Notes under the pieces: generated by a model | What the model saw: only the letters and a program-made list of their open reading frames with translations | Told to the model about the DNA's origin: nothing | Database searches by the model: none | Assembly (NCBI GenBank): GCA_030324005.1 | Contig: JARDVH010000124.1 | Location: 33,599,423 to 33,663,422 of the forward strand | DNA from: Negaprion brevirostris | Lineage: Eukaryota | Length of the DNA: 64,000 nucleotides | Reading direction: 5' to 3' | Translations under genes and position numbers: made by a program | Shown: in pieces, positions 14,478 through 28,349 of the stretch | Layout of the letters: each line of letters starts with the position of its first letter | Numbering within the stretch: the first letter of the stretch is position 1

Positions 14478-14995
14478 GATAAGATCTGATTTGATTTATT
14501 ATTGTCACGTGCATTGGGATACAATGAAATGTATTGTTTCTTGCATGCTATACAGACAATACACACCGTTTGTAGCGTGCATAGGGGAGAAAGAATAAGG
14601 TGCAGAATACAGTGCTGCAATCACAGATAGAATGTAGAGAAAGATCAACTTTGTGTATGGTGGGTTCATTCAAAATTCTGATGGCAGCAGGCAGAAGCTG
14701 TTCTTGATTATGTGTTCTTAGGCTTTCGTATATTTTTCCTGATGGAAGAAGATGGAAGAGAGTACGTCCGGGGTGCATGGGTCCCTTGATTATGCTGGTT
14801 GCTTTCCTGAAGCAGCAGGAAATGTAGTTGGAGTCAATGGATAGAAGGCTGGTTTGTGTGATGGACTGGGCTATGTTCACAACCTTTTGTAGTTTCTTGT
14901 AGGTCTTGGTCAAAGTAGGAGTCATACCAAGCTGTGATACGTCCGGAAAGAATGCTTTCTATGATGTATTTGTAAAAACTTTGAGAGTGGCGTGG
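14478..14995 (-). mobile_element. Rex1/Babar-type LINE 3' fragment
   Basis: FYKYIIESILSGRITAWY / KKLQKVVNIAQSITQTSL...HPGRTLFHLLPSGKIY, with tail gacaataataaatcaaatca. Confidence 0.8.
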
Positions 14996-17713
14996 CCGTG
15001 GTTTTGTATTGAATCCAGACAGGTGGAGAAGGACTTTTGGATGCCAATGAGGAAGCAACCAACAAGGAACCACCTGCTGGTGTGCCAGCAGCATCCTGTC
15101 CCTGAGTCACTGAAGGTAAATTAGGAGTCTATTAAGGATTCTTTCCCACAACAACTAGAATATTCCAGCTGGGGAAGCAGATCCTACATTGTAGCTAGAA
15201 TGTGGCCAGTGTGAGCAGGAGGTGGTCTCCAGACAGGAGATGGGAATGGTCCAATCGTGGCTACCACACAGCTGATTGGGGTGTTTCTCTCCCACGATCA
15301 CAGCCTGTGACCACTTTCAATTATTTTTTTAACCTGGTCTTCAGGAAATGAGACACTCTCTCACATTGTGCAGTTTTTCAGCAATTCCCACCTTGGACGA
15401 TGGACACAATGATGCGTTATCTCTGGAGGGCCTCCTATTGACTCTCCAGTCTCAGGAAATTGCTTGCAATCCTTAATTCGATGGCCAAAATGCCCTCTGG
15501 CCACTAATTGGCCAGCTCACCAGAAATCGTGAGTGTTACTGTTCTGGACACGGGGTAGGGTCAGGACCTTAACTTGATCCCGTCATTTGGGTCCTGACCC
15601 CAAAAAGAAAAATGCAGCCTATGATATCTACTGAATCAATATGTTGAAGAATTACAGACAAAAACTACACAAGGAGCTGTGCTTCAAGAATAGTGTAAAT
15701 ATGAAGCCTTCTGCTACAGGTGACCTCGACTGATGACCTCCCCCAATCCTCTGCTGAAGCCTTCAGAACTTTCAATGCCTCATACCGAAGAATGATCCTA
15801 CAACTGCATGATTCTGCTCTGAAGGCCTGTTTGCTGGGAGCTGTAGATCTTCTCAATGGGCACTCACAACAGTCCAATACTCAAATCAGGAACAGTGTTG
15901 GTTCAGAATGTTCAGCTCACAGACTCGCTTTCTCCTTTTGCTTAGCTCACTATTGCATTTCATCCTTTCTATCTTGTTACAGGCACTCAATATCAGTTTT
16001 GCTTCTTGCAAAGTTCTCTTCCTCACAGCAGTATTCCCAATAACTGGTCTCCCTCTATTTCCCAGTTGATGTGTATGATTATTATGCCTTTGCTCTGAGT
16101 TATTGAAAATGCATTTTTTTGCAGATTTCATTTGTCTCTCCATCACAGAATTGGTGCAAACAACAACATTGTCAGGTTGATCTTTCTTTGATAATAAACT
16201 AAAGACCAGCTGGTATTTTTAGGGCCTTCCTGCCAATATTGATAACTAAGGCAGCAGCTTTGACAGCTTTTCACTGCTTAATGAGACACCGGTGCAATCT
16301 TATGGTTGTCCACATTCTCCAAGAACTTGAACATATTCTCTTAATGATATTGCAATTGCTTGCTAGATTTCTTGCTGAAAAGGCATGCTGAAAACCTTGG
16401 CATGAATTTCTCCCCAGTTGTGCTTGTTTTGGTGCAGTTTGAAGTGAATAAAATGGGGCAAGCCAATTAGGCAGCTTTAGAAAGCTTAGGAAGGGGAAAT
16501 CAGCAAACTCCCCCTGAAAATCTTTGCAGGATCGCAGTACTTGACCCATTTCCATTCATAGTGTTGCAAGCAGCGTGTAAAAAAAACTTTTACTGTTTGC
16601 CCTCTTAAATGATTGCTTCATGCAGTCAACACTGCCCATGCTGTTCATTGAATGGACTCACCAGTGGAATGGAACTGCTATGTTGAGTAGCTAACTTTAC
16701 TGAAAGTCAGCCTGCATCTCCTAAATGGGGGCATTGTTTTGAATGTCAGTGTGGACTCTGGACTCTGATACTTTAAGCAATAAGTGAACATGTTAGAGAG
16801 CCAGCACCAAGACTTTTGGAGAATGAACCAGAGGCCTTGATGGAAAGGGAGAGTGTCCTGTACCTGTTGGGGAACAGGAAGACCTCCAGTTGTACATATG
16901 CTTAGAAGTTAGTGGAAAGAGGAAATTATGAAGGTAAGTGTTGGCCCAAGAACTCAAATCTAATGCAGTGAGATGTTTAAATATCTCAAACGATTTGTTA
17001 AACAATCTCGATCAATCAAGCTTCAATCCTAAAATTCATGTGATTTATTTTATCCTAATATACTTAGCACTGTTGCTAGTATCACAACCCGAACTCATGC
17101 ACATTGGCAGCTAATTAACCATCATAGCCACATCACCCAAACATAATATAGGACACTCACTCGCACACATTCTTCCTTCTTGGAGGAGAAGGTGTGGTAT
17201 AGCAGCAGGAGTAGTCAGTGCTGGAGTCTTAGGAATTAATATCACAGAGCCATTGCCATATGTAGACTTGAATAGATTGATGTGGAGGATATCTGTACAT
17301 CTAATCCTGCTGTTTTCCCACTTNNNNNNNNNNNNNNNNNNNNNNNNNNNNNNNNNNNNNNNNNNNNNNNNNNNNNNNNNNNNNNNNNNNNNNNNNNNNN
17401 NNNNNNNNNNNNNNNNNNNNNNNTGTACATCTAATCCTCCTGTTTTCCCACTTCCCTTACATTCCATAATATCCTCTGATTCATGGTGTAAGCAGACACT
17501 TTATTACTTTCTCCCCTCCCCTCATCACAGCATGTCACATGTTCCTTTTTACTTACATTCCCCAAACATCTGGAACCTTCCCAGCCAGGAAGGAAAGTGA
17601 CGGTGAAGATAAGATGCCATCACTTACTCTTATACTTGCAGTCACTACCTCAGAGACTAACATTGTTTATTATTCAAGGACTGGGATTGAGGAGGGCTCT
17701 GTTTGTGTGAGAC

Positions 17714-18030
17714 GGGCATCAAGGTAGCACAGTGGTTAGTACTGCTGCCTCAGAGCCAGGGACCTGGGTTCAATTCTAGCCTCCAGCCACTGCCTGTATG
17801 GAATTTGCATATTCTCCCCTTGTCTGTGTGAGTTTTCTCCTGAGTGCTCCAATTTCCTTCCACACTTCAAAGATGTGCAGGTTTGATGGATTGGCCATGC
17901 AGAATTGCCCTTCAGTTTCGGGGGGTCCGGTAGGGTAAACATGAGGTTACAGGGATAGGATCTTGGTAAAATTATTATTGGTGCAGGCTCAATGGGCTGA
18001 ATGGCCTCCATCTGCGCCCTATGGATTCTA
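17714..18030 (+). mobile_element. HE1-like V-SINE
   Basis: cacagtggttagtactgctgcctca...gggttcaattc; V-domain aaagatgtgcaggtt...attggccatgc; CR1-like tail. Confidence 0.9.
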
Positions 18031-18539
18031 GAAACCAGCGCAAGAAGGGTGAAAAACAGCACAGATGACAACTCACTGGTGAGTGAGTTGTTGCTTATCT
18101 GGAAGCAGCCTGGTACATAAAGGTTAAGAATCAGCATCACTTCAAAAGACACTATCCTTACCCTGCTCTGAGGTTGCAGTTGTGACGACAGTACTTGCAG
18201 ATTTCATTCACAATTTTTCTCAAGCAGCAAATAAATCTCAAACCATCATGTAGGTAAGGTCAAAGAATTGTTCTCTAAAGATCTTCAGTAAATATGATCT
18301 CCTGAAAGCCCTCCTCCTCACACTGCGAAAAGATTGCCCTGCTATATGTGGCCCCTATTCGTTCTCCAGGTTATGTATAATTTCTAGAGCAAGTTCTACC
18401 AGGCCACCCATGCCAAAGTTCAACACTGCCTTTAAAATTTGTAAGACGCTTCAGCACTAGCAAGACCACTCCCTGTAGGCTACTCAAACATTATTCAAGA
18501 ATAAGGAAGCACAAAAATGCATGTAATTGCATCAAAGAC

Positions 18540-19800
18540 AGAGCAGCAACAAGATCAACATGGATTTACAAAGGGAAATCATCTTGATGAATCTACTGGA
18601 ATTTTCTGAGGATGTAACCAGTAGAGTTGACTGAGAAGAACCAGAGGATGTGGTTTATTTAGACTTTCAGAAGGCTTTTGACAAGGTCTCACATAATAGA
18701 CTATTATGTAAAGTTGAAGCACGTGGGATTAGAGGTAATGTCTTGAGATGGATAGAAGGCTGGTTAGCAGATAGGAAACAAAGAGTTGGCATAAATGGGT
18801 ATTTTTGATTGACTGCCAATGACTAGTGGGGTTCTGCAGGGATCTGTGCTAGGATCCCAACTATTCATATTATACATTAATGATTTGGGACAGGGAACTG
18901 AATATCCAAATTTGCAGGCAATATAAAATTGGGACGGAGGGTGAGCTGTGAGGAGGATGCAGAAATACTTAAGTGTGATTTGGACAGGCTGAATGTGTGG
19001 TCATTTTCATGGCAGATGTAGAATAATGTGGATAAATGTGAGATTATCCACTTTGGTAGCAATAATAGGAAGACAAATTATTACTCAAATGTGTATAAAT
19101 TGAAAGAGGTGAATACTCAACAAGACCTTGGAGTCCTTGTGCATCAGTTGCTGAAAGTGCTCACAAAAAGCAGGCAGTAAAAAAGGGAATTGGTATGTTG
19201 GCCTTCATAGCGGGAAGATTTGAGTATAGGTATAAGAACGTTTTGCTGCAATTATATAGGGCATTGATGGAATATTGTGTGCAGTTTTCGTGTCCTTTTC
19301 TGAGGAAGGATGTCCTTGCTATAGAGGGAGTACAGCGAAGGTTTACCAGGCTGATTCTTGGGATGGCAGGTCTGCCATATGAGGAGAGATCAAGTCTGTT
19401 AGGATTATATTCACAGGAGTTTAGAAGAATGAGAGAGGATCTCACAAAAACGTATAAAATTCTAATAGGGTTAGACAGGGTAGATTCAGAAAGAATGGTC
19501 CCAATGGTGGGGGATTCCAGAACTGGGGATCATAGTTTTAAGGATAAGGGATAAACCTTTTAGAACTGAGGTGAGGAGGATGGTGAATGTGTGGAAGTCA
19601 CTACCACAGAATGTAATTGAGGCTAAAATGTTGTCTGATTTCAAGAAGAAATTAGATATACCTCTTGGGGCTAAAGAGATCCAGGAATATGGGAGGAAAG
19701 GGGGGGTCAGGATATTGAATTCAATGGTCAGCCATGATCAAGATGATCGGTGGAGCATGCTCAAAGAGCTGAATGGTGTATTCCTGCTTCTAGTTTTTAT
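18540..19800 (+). mobile_element. CR1 LINE RT and 3' end
   Basis: DVVYLDFQKAFDKVSH; EYCVQFSCPFLRKDVLAIEGVQRRFTRLI; typical 3'UTR. Confidence 0.92.
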
Positions 19801-20613
19801 GCAAGCCATAATCCAGCGTGTAGTTCATGATTCCTTTCAATTATACTGGTGGGAGTGGGACCTTCATTCTGTAACGATATGTTCAACTGTGTAGGGTTAA
19901 GACAGGAGTTGGCTGTAGTAAGGTGATCGAACATGGCAGGGCTGGTGTCAAATTAGTGTTACACACAGATTGATGTCATAATCTGCCTCCCCTGCACGTT
20001 GCTGCTTGTTGTTATGTGAACATACAGAACATCCTTCACCAAGGTGATATCAGAATCTGGCTGAAGAGGTTTTACGCAAACAAACAACTTTGGGATTCTG
20101 CATGTGCATCTTGACAGCTAGGAAGCAACAGAACGCTTAAAAATAAACAGGCACCAGTCAGAGTCCAGATTCTCCCTTGGAATAATTTTCAATTTATTAA
20201 GGAATCAAATACTGACACTAATGTAACTAACAAACTATTTGATATAATTTCATGTAAAAAAAAAACTTATAAATCATTTACAGTTTTCTCAATTGGGTTT
20301 TGCACAGGTGATTCGACACTGATGGAAATCCTTATTGTTTATGGGGAAATCCTTTTGTATTTTATTAATTGTCAGTATTAATTTATTAAATGTATTAATA
20401 AATAAAATTTCACCAGGTAACTGTCCTTAATTACATCAAGGAATTAGTTTTGAAACATAAACATTTTTAAAATAAAACAGTTACATTCTAAAAACACTGT
20501 CTGGTTGTGTTGGCTCTTGGCAGATTTTATTTTCAATGATGTGCAATTGGTCTTCAGCAGAATCTCAAGAAAAACATTTTGTCAAGATTAATCGGCGGCT
20601 TGATAGCACAGTG

Positions 20614-20942
20614 GGGGCGGCACAGTAACACAGTAGTTAGCACTGCTGCGTCACAGCGCCAGGGATCCAGGTTCAATTCCTGGCTTTGATCACTGTCAGT
20701 ACAGAGCCTACACGTTTTCCCTGTCTCTACATGGGTTTCCTCAGGGATCTCCAGTTCTTTCCCACAGTCCAAAGATGTGCGGGTTAGGTGGATTGGCCAT
20801 GTTTAAATTGCCACTTAGCGTCAGGGGGCCTAGGTAGAGTAAATGCATGGGGTTATGGGGATAGGGACTGGTAGGATTGTGTTCGGTGGAGACTCAATAG
20901 GCCAAATGGCCTCCTCCTGCACTGTAGGATCCTATGACTCTG
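20614..20942 (+). mobile_element. HE1-like V-SINE
   Basis: Full-length head, V-domain and tail. Confidence 0.9.
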
Positions 20943-21079
20943 AGACATTTTGGGTGCAGTTTGTGCCTAAATCACAGACTGCACCTAAAGTGAAAACTCA
21001 CCACTGGTAAATTTTGGATAATACATTGTGGTGGAATTCCCAGTGTTAACATTTAGTTTTTTTGTTTTTCTGTTGTTGG

Positions 21080-21332
21080 GGGGAATGGTACAATGGTTAG
21101 CACTGCTGCCTCATAGTGCCAGGGACCAGGATTCGATTCATGCCCTGGACCACTGTCTGTGCGGAGTTTGCATTTTCTCTTCCTTTCTGCATAGGTTTCC
21201 TCCCACAGTCTGAGAGACGTGCCGGTTACATGTATTGACCTGAACAGGTGCCGGAATGTGGCTACTAGGGGATTTTCACATAACTTCATTGCAGTATTAA
21301 TGGAAGCCTTACTAATAAATAAACTTTAACTT
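21080..21332 (+). mobile_element. V-SINE variant with an alternative tail (ctaggggattttcaca...aataaataaac)
   Basis: Same head as HE1 but a different 3' end. Further copies at 30757-31057 (+), 35455-35535 (-), 41885-42193 (-) and 48218-48352 (-). Confidence 0.85.
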
Positions 21333-22214
21333 AATAATTATTGTCTATTACAGTTTCAATGGGAAAAGTAAGCTCTGATCAAAGAAAAACATTGTCAAAT
21401 CAATCCCATACAGGATAAGTAGAATATCAATTTAGTTGAAAAGCCCACAGAACAGTAGGAGACCTCCATTATATGTTCGTCTCTATTACCATCTAAAACC
21501 TTGAGAAATTCAGTGAGGTATTTCCAATTCTAGCATTGTGTCTAATTGTTATTGTCGCCCAGCTGCTACCAAACAACAAAAGACCTCGTGATCAAGGATA
21601 TGTGGACTCTGAATGTCCACAGAGCTAATGGTATATTCTTTGTACAAGTTGGCTGAGAGTGCCTGAAAAGTGATTTCCCAACAGTAGAGAAGACAGGGGA
21701 AGAAGGAGCAAATGTCCACACTAAGCCCACAGCAGAGCTGGGACTGGAGTCTGGGTCGGATTTCTTGCCATTGAAAAACTGGTATATTGTGTAGCTATTG
21801 GTCTCAAGACAAAGGATGCCACCAACTGAGCAAAAGGCCAAAGTCCCTTTCATCTGGCCACAGTGATGAAGGCATCCTCCACAATATAAATAAAGGTGAC
21901 TGTCCTTGGCCTTAGAAACGCTAATAGGGGCGGAAGATTAGATCCTCGATATTCACTCTACCATACCTCCAGTTATAGAGTTGGCCTCCTGTTGTTCATT
22001 ACTCAGTCATTTTAACTAACAACATGCAGCTGTCAAATACAATAGATTCCAGGTCAGAAGGAGCAATAAGGGGACTTGCATTTGATTATTGAGACAAGCT
22101 AACAATGCTAATGACATGGGACATCCGATAATACAGCATTTGGCAGGGGACTGCAGAGAGTTGCACTTGCCTCTGTTCTACAGTACTTCGTTTGGACAGA
22201 GGAGATTACTTTGC

Positions 22215-22348
22215 ACAAAAGCAAAATACTGCAGATGCTGGAATCTAAAACAAAAACAGAAAATGCTGGAAAATCTCAGCAGGTCTGTCAGCATCCATGG
22301 AGAGAGAATAGAGCCAACATTTCAAGTCTGGGTGACTCTTCCTCAGAT
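22215..22348 (-). mobile_element. Penelope terminal fragment with hammerhead core
   Basis: CTGAGGA-A-GAGTC-accca-GACTT-GAAA-TGTT on the minus strand; homologous to 54785-54880. Confidence 0.8.
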
Positions 22349-22349
22349 T

Positions 22350-22602
22350 TTGATTGACAAGGGAATTAAGGGTTATGGGGAGAAAGCGGGAAAGTGGAAC
22401 TGATCCACTTCAGATCAGCCGTGATCTTATTGNNNNNNNNNNNNNNNNNNNNNNNNNNNNNNNNNNNNNNNNNNNNNNNNNNNNNNNNNNNNNNNNNNNN
22501 NNNNNNNNNNNNNNNNNNNNNNNNNNNNNNNNATCTTATTGAATGGCGGGGCAGGCTCGAAGGGCTAGATGGCCTACTCCTGCTCCTATTTCTTATGTTC
22601 TT
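22350..22602 (+). mobile_element. CR1 3' tail
   Basis: gggttatggggagaaagcgggaaagtggaa...ggcctactcctgctcctatttcttatgttctta. Confidence 0.8.
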
Positions 22603-25074
22603 ATTACCTTTACATGACTTGGTGCCAATATACAGCTGAATGTAATGGAGCAAAAGTTGTGTGTAGATGGGGACTTGTAGTGAGTGAACTGTTCTGTATC
22701 AGTCAGCAAAGGTTATGATTGAATTGTTGGTGCTGTAATAATGTTTGATGATTTCAACAATCTCTGCAGGTCAGTCGGCACACAATTCTGTTCTCTTGTG
22801 GCTGCCAGCTTCTTACTGCCTTTCTTCCACTGGTTGCTTCATTATTAGGCCCCTTCCCAGAGGAAGGATGTGGAGGGCAATAACAATCTGACTGATCTTG
22901 TGAGTTATACATTAGAATATCCTCAATCAATCCAGGCAGAGAAATCACTGTTTATCAATGTTGAGGTTTTGATCCATCCTAATCGCTAGGGAAACATAGG
23001 GCATATTCAAGGGTGGACTGGCCAGATGGGAAATTGGAAGGTTTTCTGTGTGACCCTATGAATGGTTCCACAGTGTGATAATATCAGTATCTGCCTCTAT
23101 TTATGAGAATTGTTAGGAATCCCTTGCCTTTTAAACCAGAACCTTGCATAGAATAATGGTTTGAAAATTGTATTACTTTAGGGTGGTTAGACCCTACCTG
23201 AAAGAGAAACTGTACCTTCAAGTTCCCAGGCAAACTAAAACAAAAATAAAAACAGAAACGGAAACTTAAGGTTTTGTGGAAGGTGTAACTACTTGAAATC
23301 ATATAAAGGGCATAGACCTTAGTGAACTCAGTGATACAACACAGACAGGCTGAAGAAGGTAGAGGCTGGATGCGGGAGCTCGAAATAGGAAAATACACAA
23401 TCGCTGTTTCTGTTATTGAGAATGATATTGGTGGAACCACACCATCAAGAACACCGTAAGCAGAGTGCAGGAGGTTCTATAGATCTGTGCCATTTTAGGC
23501 GAAGAACGTGCCTGNNNNNNNNNNNNNNNNNNNNNNNNNNNNNNNNNNNNNNNNNNNNNNNNNNNNNNNNNNNNNNNNNNNNNNNNNNNNNNNNNNNNNN
23601 NNNNNNNNNNNNNNNNNNNNNNNNNNNNNNNNNNNNNNNNNNNNNNNNNNNNNNNNNNNNNNNNNNNNNNNNNNNNNNNNNNNNNNNNNNNNNNNNNNNN
23701 NNNNNNNNNNNNNNNNNNNNNNNNNNNNNNNNNNNNNNNNNNNNNNNNNNNNNNNNNNNNNNNNNNNNNNNNNNNNNNNNNNNNNNNNNNNNNNNNNNNN
23801 NNNNNNNNNNNNNNNNNNNNNNNNNNNNNNNNNNNNNNNNNNNNNNNNNNNNNNNNNNNNNNNNNNNNNNNNNNNNNNNNNNNNNNNNNNNNNNNNNNNN
23901 NNNNNNNNNNNNNNNNNNNNNNNNNTTCTGCCACATGGTCCAAGTGAAGGGTTCCCTGTTGTTATTGATCACTTTCAGTGGAGAAATCCCTGTCAAACAA
24001 TGCATTAGCCACCCACTGGATACAATTGTGGGCTTAAAGTTGGGAGATGTGCTGGAGATCTCCCACACTTTTGGGAGATAGCCTACCACCTAAAAGGCCA
24101 AAGCAGCTGCAACTTTGCCAAGTGGAGATGGAGCTGCCCCGGTCCTGTAGTCTGTAGTTCTCTGAAGTCTGGCTGCAGGACTGTGCAAAGTTCATTGACG
24201 GCTTCCTATGATCTCAGCCTACACAGGAAAATCTTTTCATTATAGTCGAAGATAAAATGCTTTGGTTCAGTATACACAAACGTCAGCGTAAGGACATGTC
24301 TGCAGGGAGTGTCTAAGGTACACTCACCTGTCTTTCACAGCTCCCCTGATCCCCATCCTCCCCCTTCAGAAAATGCACATACTGCAGTTTGTCCATGGGG
24401 ATATCCATACCTGGAAGGTATGGAGCTGCCTAACAACTATAGCTATAGTTGACAAAAGAGTCAGTCTAGCCATGTCAATGACTAATTCCAACAAGTTCCC
24501 TTGCACGACAAGGTCACAACAGTGGCAAAAACAATGCTCTGCACAAATTACATCGCAAGACTCACAATGCTTTTCCGGCAACATAGACTTTCCCGGCAGT
24601 TTATGGTTTAAACAGCGGGGTTAGCTGATCAGGCCCTACTCCTAGCTTCAGACCACATTAAATGGAGGCCCCTCAGTTATATTGAATTGTCGGGTATTAT
24701 GGGGGTGAAACTAATCTTCAGCAAGTGTAGCCAATAACAAATTGATAGACTTCTAATCCCTATCACATTTAATTTTTTTTGGAAACTAAAGAATATCAGT
24801 TGAGTGGGGGTGGGGACGCATAAAACAGGCTGTATCACTCACTTAGTAATAACACAGGTACAGTCACTACAAAAGGTGTCTTGTAAGTGGTGAAGAGACT
24901 TTGGTGATTCACTCACCACTTAATACCCAGCCCAATCTGCTCTACTGCCTATATAATTATTTGTTGATACTAGTCCCTCTTGTTGACTATATCTCTTCTT
25001 GCTTAGCACTTTTCCAGTAGCCAAGAAAAACTGAATTTCAGTTTTTCCCAAAATGTGAGAAGTAGCAAATCTCA

Positions 25075-25308
25075 GCCACAATGGTTAGCACTGCTACCTC
25101 ACAACGCCAAGGACTCAGATTCAGTTCCAACTTTGGGTGACTGCTTGTGTGGAGTTTGCACATTCTCTTCATGTCTGCGTGTGTTTCCTTCAAGTGCTCT
25201 AGTTTCCTCCCACAATCCAAAGACATGGTGTTACGGGGATTATGCATGGGTGGGATTGCTGTCGATGGGCTAAATGGTCTCCTTCTGCACTATCGGGATT
25301 CTATGATT
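25075..25308 (+). mobile_element. HE1-like SINE with an internal deletion
   Basis: Head and tail match the other copies. Confidence 0.85.
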
Positions 25309-26386
25309 CCAGGACAACATGTATATTTTTAATCAGGGAGTTTTTCCTGTCCTGTTATGAATCTTTCCCTTATTTGCTGCCTGCATTGCTGTCCTGTTTA
25401 CTTCAGTGTTTGCTGATTTTCACTATTGCTGCCATTTTAACTTTTTTTCCATATTTTTTATCTGTTTTAGTTTGAACCCCCCCTGCTTTCAGACCATGGC
25501 TTTGAGGGATCTCTCTTGTAGTTATCTGATTGTTGGTGTGGTCAATGTCTCCACTTTTAGATTTTTACCTGCTGTCTAACTGCTAATTGCCCGCTCAGTC
25601 TCCCTCGTGGGAAATTAATGAGATGGGGGAAACGGATGTTGCAAATCTGTGGAGTTTGCAAATCACAAGAGTCACAATCAAAAAGCACAGAAGGAAGCCA
25701 TTCGGCCCATTGTGTCATTGCCAGCTCTTCGGTGGAGCTATTCAATGAATCCCACTCTGCTCCTCTTTCCCCATAACCCTAAAGCTCTATTTTGAAAGCT
25801 ACTATTGAATCTGATCCATTGCTCTTTCAAATAGTGCCTCCCAGATCACAGTAAGTCACCTGTGTGAGATGTTTCGTCACGTCATCACTGGTGCTCTTGC
25901 CAATTGTGGTAAATCTGTGTCCTCGGTGAACAATTCTTTAATCACTGGAACCAAATTCTCTTTACTCTATGAAAATCACCTGTGATTTTCCACACATCTA
26001 TCAACATTCCTCTTAACCTTCTCCACCCTGAAGAAAACAGCCTGGCTTCTTAAGCATTTATTCCCCTTTGACGCTATGCTTTAACTTTTTCATTATTTTA
26101 ATAGGAGTCCATTTTTTGTGGCTGTTGCTCTTTTTGCTATGAGACTCAGGATGGAATATTCTCCACTTGTCTGGATGGACCCAGCTGCCTTAACAATCCA
26201 TGAAGCTGCCATCTATGTGATCAGCAACCCATCCGCCATCTCGCATATCTATTTCCTCCACTTGTGGCTGCAATATGTAATGTTTAACTCAATTTGGCTG
26301 TTTCAAACAGTAGCTCCAAGACCCATGACCTCAGCCATCTCGAAAAGTAAGTGCACAGGATGCTTAGAAACACCATTATCGTCAAG

Positions 26387-27648
26387 CTGATTGGAATTGG
26401 GGGTAATATGCTGATATGGATTGAGAATTCGTTAACAGGCAGAAAGCAGAAAGAAGGAATAAATGGAACATTCTCAGGATAACAGGCTGTTACTAGTGGG
26501 GTACTGCAAAGATCAGTGCTGGGGCCACAGCTGTTCACAGTCTCTGTAAACGATTTGGATGTGAGGACCAAATGTAATATTTCCAAATTTGCTGATGTAA
26601 GTTATGAAGAGAATGCAAGATTTCCTGGTGACTTGGACAGAGCAAGTGTATGGGCAAAAACACGAAAGATGGAATATGATGTCAATATATGTGAAGTTAT
26701 CCACTTTGGTCTAAAAAACAGAAAGGCAGAGTATAGTGTTAATGCCCAAAGGGACCTGGGCACCCTTGCTCATGAGTCACTAAAACTAGCATGAAGTTCC
26801 CCTCCAAGCCTCTCACCATCCTGACTTGGAAATATATCGCCATTCCTTCGCAGTTGCTGGGTCAAAATCCTGAAATTCTCTCCCTAACGGCATTGTGGGT
26901 CAACCCATAGAACATGGACTGCAGCGATTCAAGAAGGCAGCACATCACCACAGGGCAACTAGGGATGGGCAATAAATGCTGGCCAGCCAACAACATTCAT
27001 GTCCCACGAATAAACAAAAACAGCTGCAGATGCAGCAACAATTCGGAAGGCAAATTTGTATCATGACCTTCATTGCAAGGGGATTTGATTCAGGAATAAA
27101 GATGTCTTGATGTAAATGCATAGGGGCTTGGGGGAGACCCCAGCTGGAGTATTGTGTACGGTTATTTAAGGAAGGATATACTTGCCATAGAAGGCATGCA
27201 AAGAACATTCAGCAGTCTAATGCTTGGGTTGGCAGGATTGTCATACAAGGAAAGATCAAGGAAACTGGGTCTGTTTTTCAGAATTTCAAAGAATGGGAGA
27301 TGATCTCATTGAAACTTACTTATACAGCATGTGACATGGTAGATATAGATAAGATGTTTCCCCTGACTGGTGAGTCTAGAACCAGGGCACACCATCTCAG
27401 AATAAGGGGTAGGGCATTTAGGATCAAGATGAGAAGGAATCTTTGGAATTCTCTATCCCAGTTTGCTGTGGAAGCTTAATCGCTGAGCATATTCAAAACA
27501 ATAATCAATTTCTGGATATTAGTGATATCAAGAGATATGGGAATAGTGCAGGAAAATGACATTGAGGTAGACGATTAGCCATGATCTAATTGAATGGCAG
27601 AACAGACTTGATGGGCCAAATGGCTCACTCTGCTCCTATGTTTCTATG
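26387..27648 (+). mobile_element. CR1 LINE fragment (contains a nested insertion at 26794-27020)
   Basis: LGPQLFTVSVNDLD...ISKFAD; the 3' tail ends ctcctatgtttctatg. Confidence 0.9.
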
Positions 27649-28349
27649 TTACTCTCCAAGTCACAAACCATTCTGACTTGGGTATATGCCACAGTTCCTT
27701 CAAGATCGCTGGAATACATTCAGCAGAAAAAAAGCTCCTTCATGACACAGGCTACAGTGGTTCAAGGAAAAGCTTCACCACCATATTCCAAAGGCCAGTT
27801 AGTGATGGGCAATAAATGATGTCCATTCCAAGATTCAATTTCACAAAATCTAAACCCTCATGTTTGAACAATCCTCTCATACTGCCTGCTAAGTAAACTA
27901 TAACTTAAATGCTGGGCTTTTTTCTTCAGTAATCAAGATTTAATTAAATATTGCTTGAGGTTCTTCAGCATTATTTGTCCACAGTTTTGCTCTTCTTGTT
28001 CATACTGAGATTGTGCAATCATCAGAATTCACACTATGAGGTAACTAATGCCATACCAGTTACAATAATCATCTCCAGTAAGCATATGAAGTGCTGAAAT
28101 TTTAAACTTTGTAAACTGCCATCTTAGCTGAGTATTTTAAGTTTCAGTGAGGTCACCTGTCATTCTTTGAGATTCTAGAAAACAGCCCCAGATTCCTCAA
28201 TCTTTGCTTATATGACAATCTTGCCATCCCAGAGATTAGTCTGGTAAATCATCTTTGTATGCCTTCTATGGTAAATATATCCTTCCTTAGATAACTACAC
28301 ACAACACTCCAGCTGGGGTCTGATTCAGGAGATTATCAATGTAGGCTAA

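Noticed and set aside
20614-20690. tRNA-like A/B boxes
   Set aside because: These are SINE heads, not tRNA genes.
23413-24089. Long ORFs across N runs (also 54906-55539 and 62272-63992)
   Set aside because: Artefacts of translating assembly gaps.
1-28000. MGMT last exons expected from human synteny
   Set aside because: No PCHRV-type coding sequence was spotted by eye. The gene is probably outside the window.
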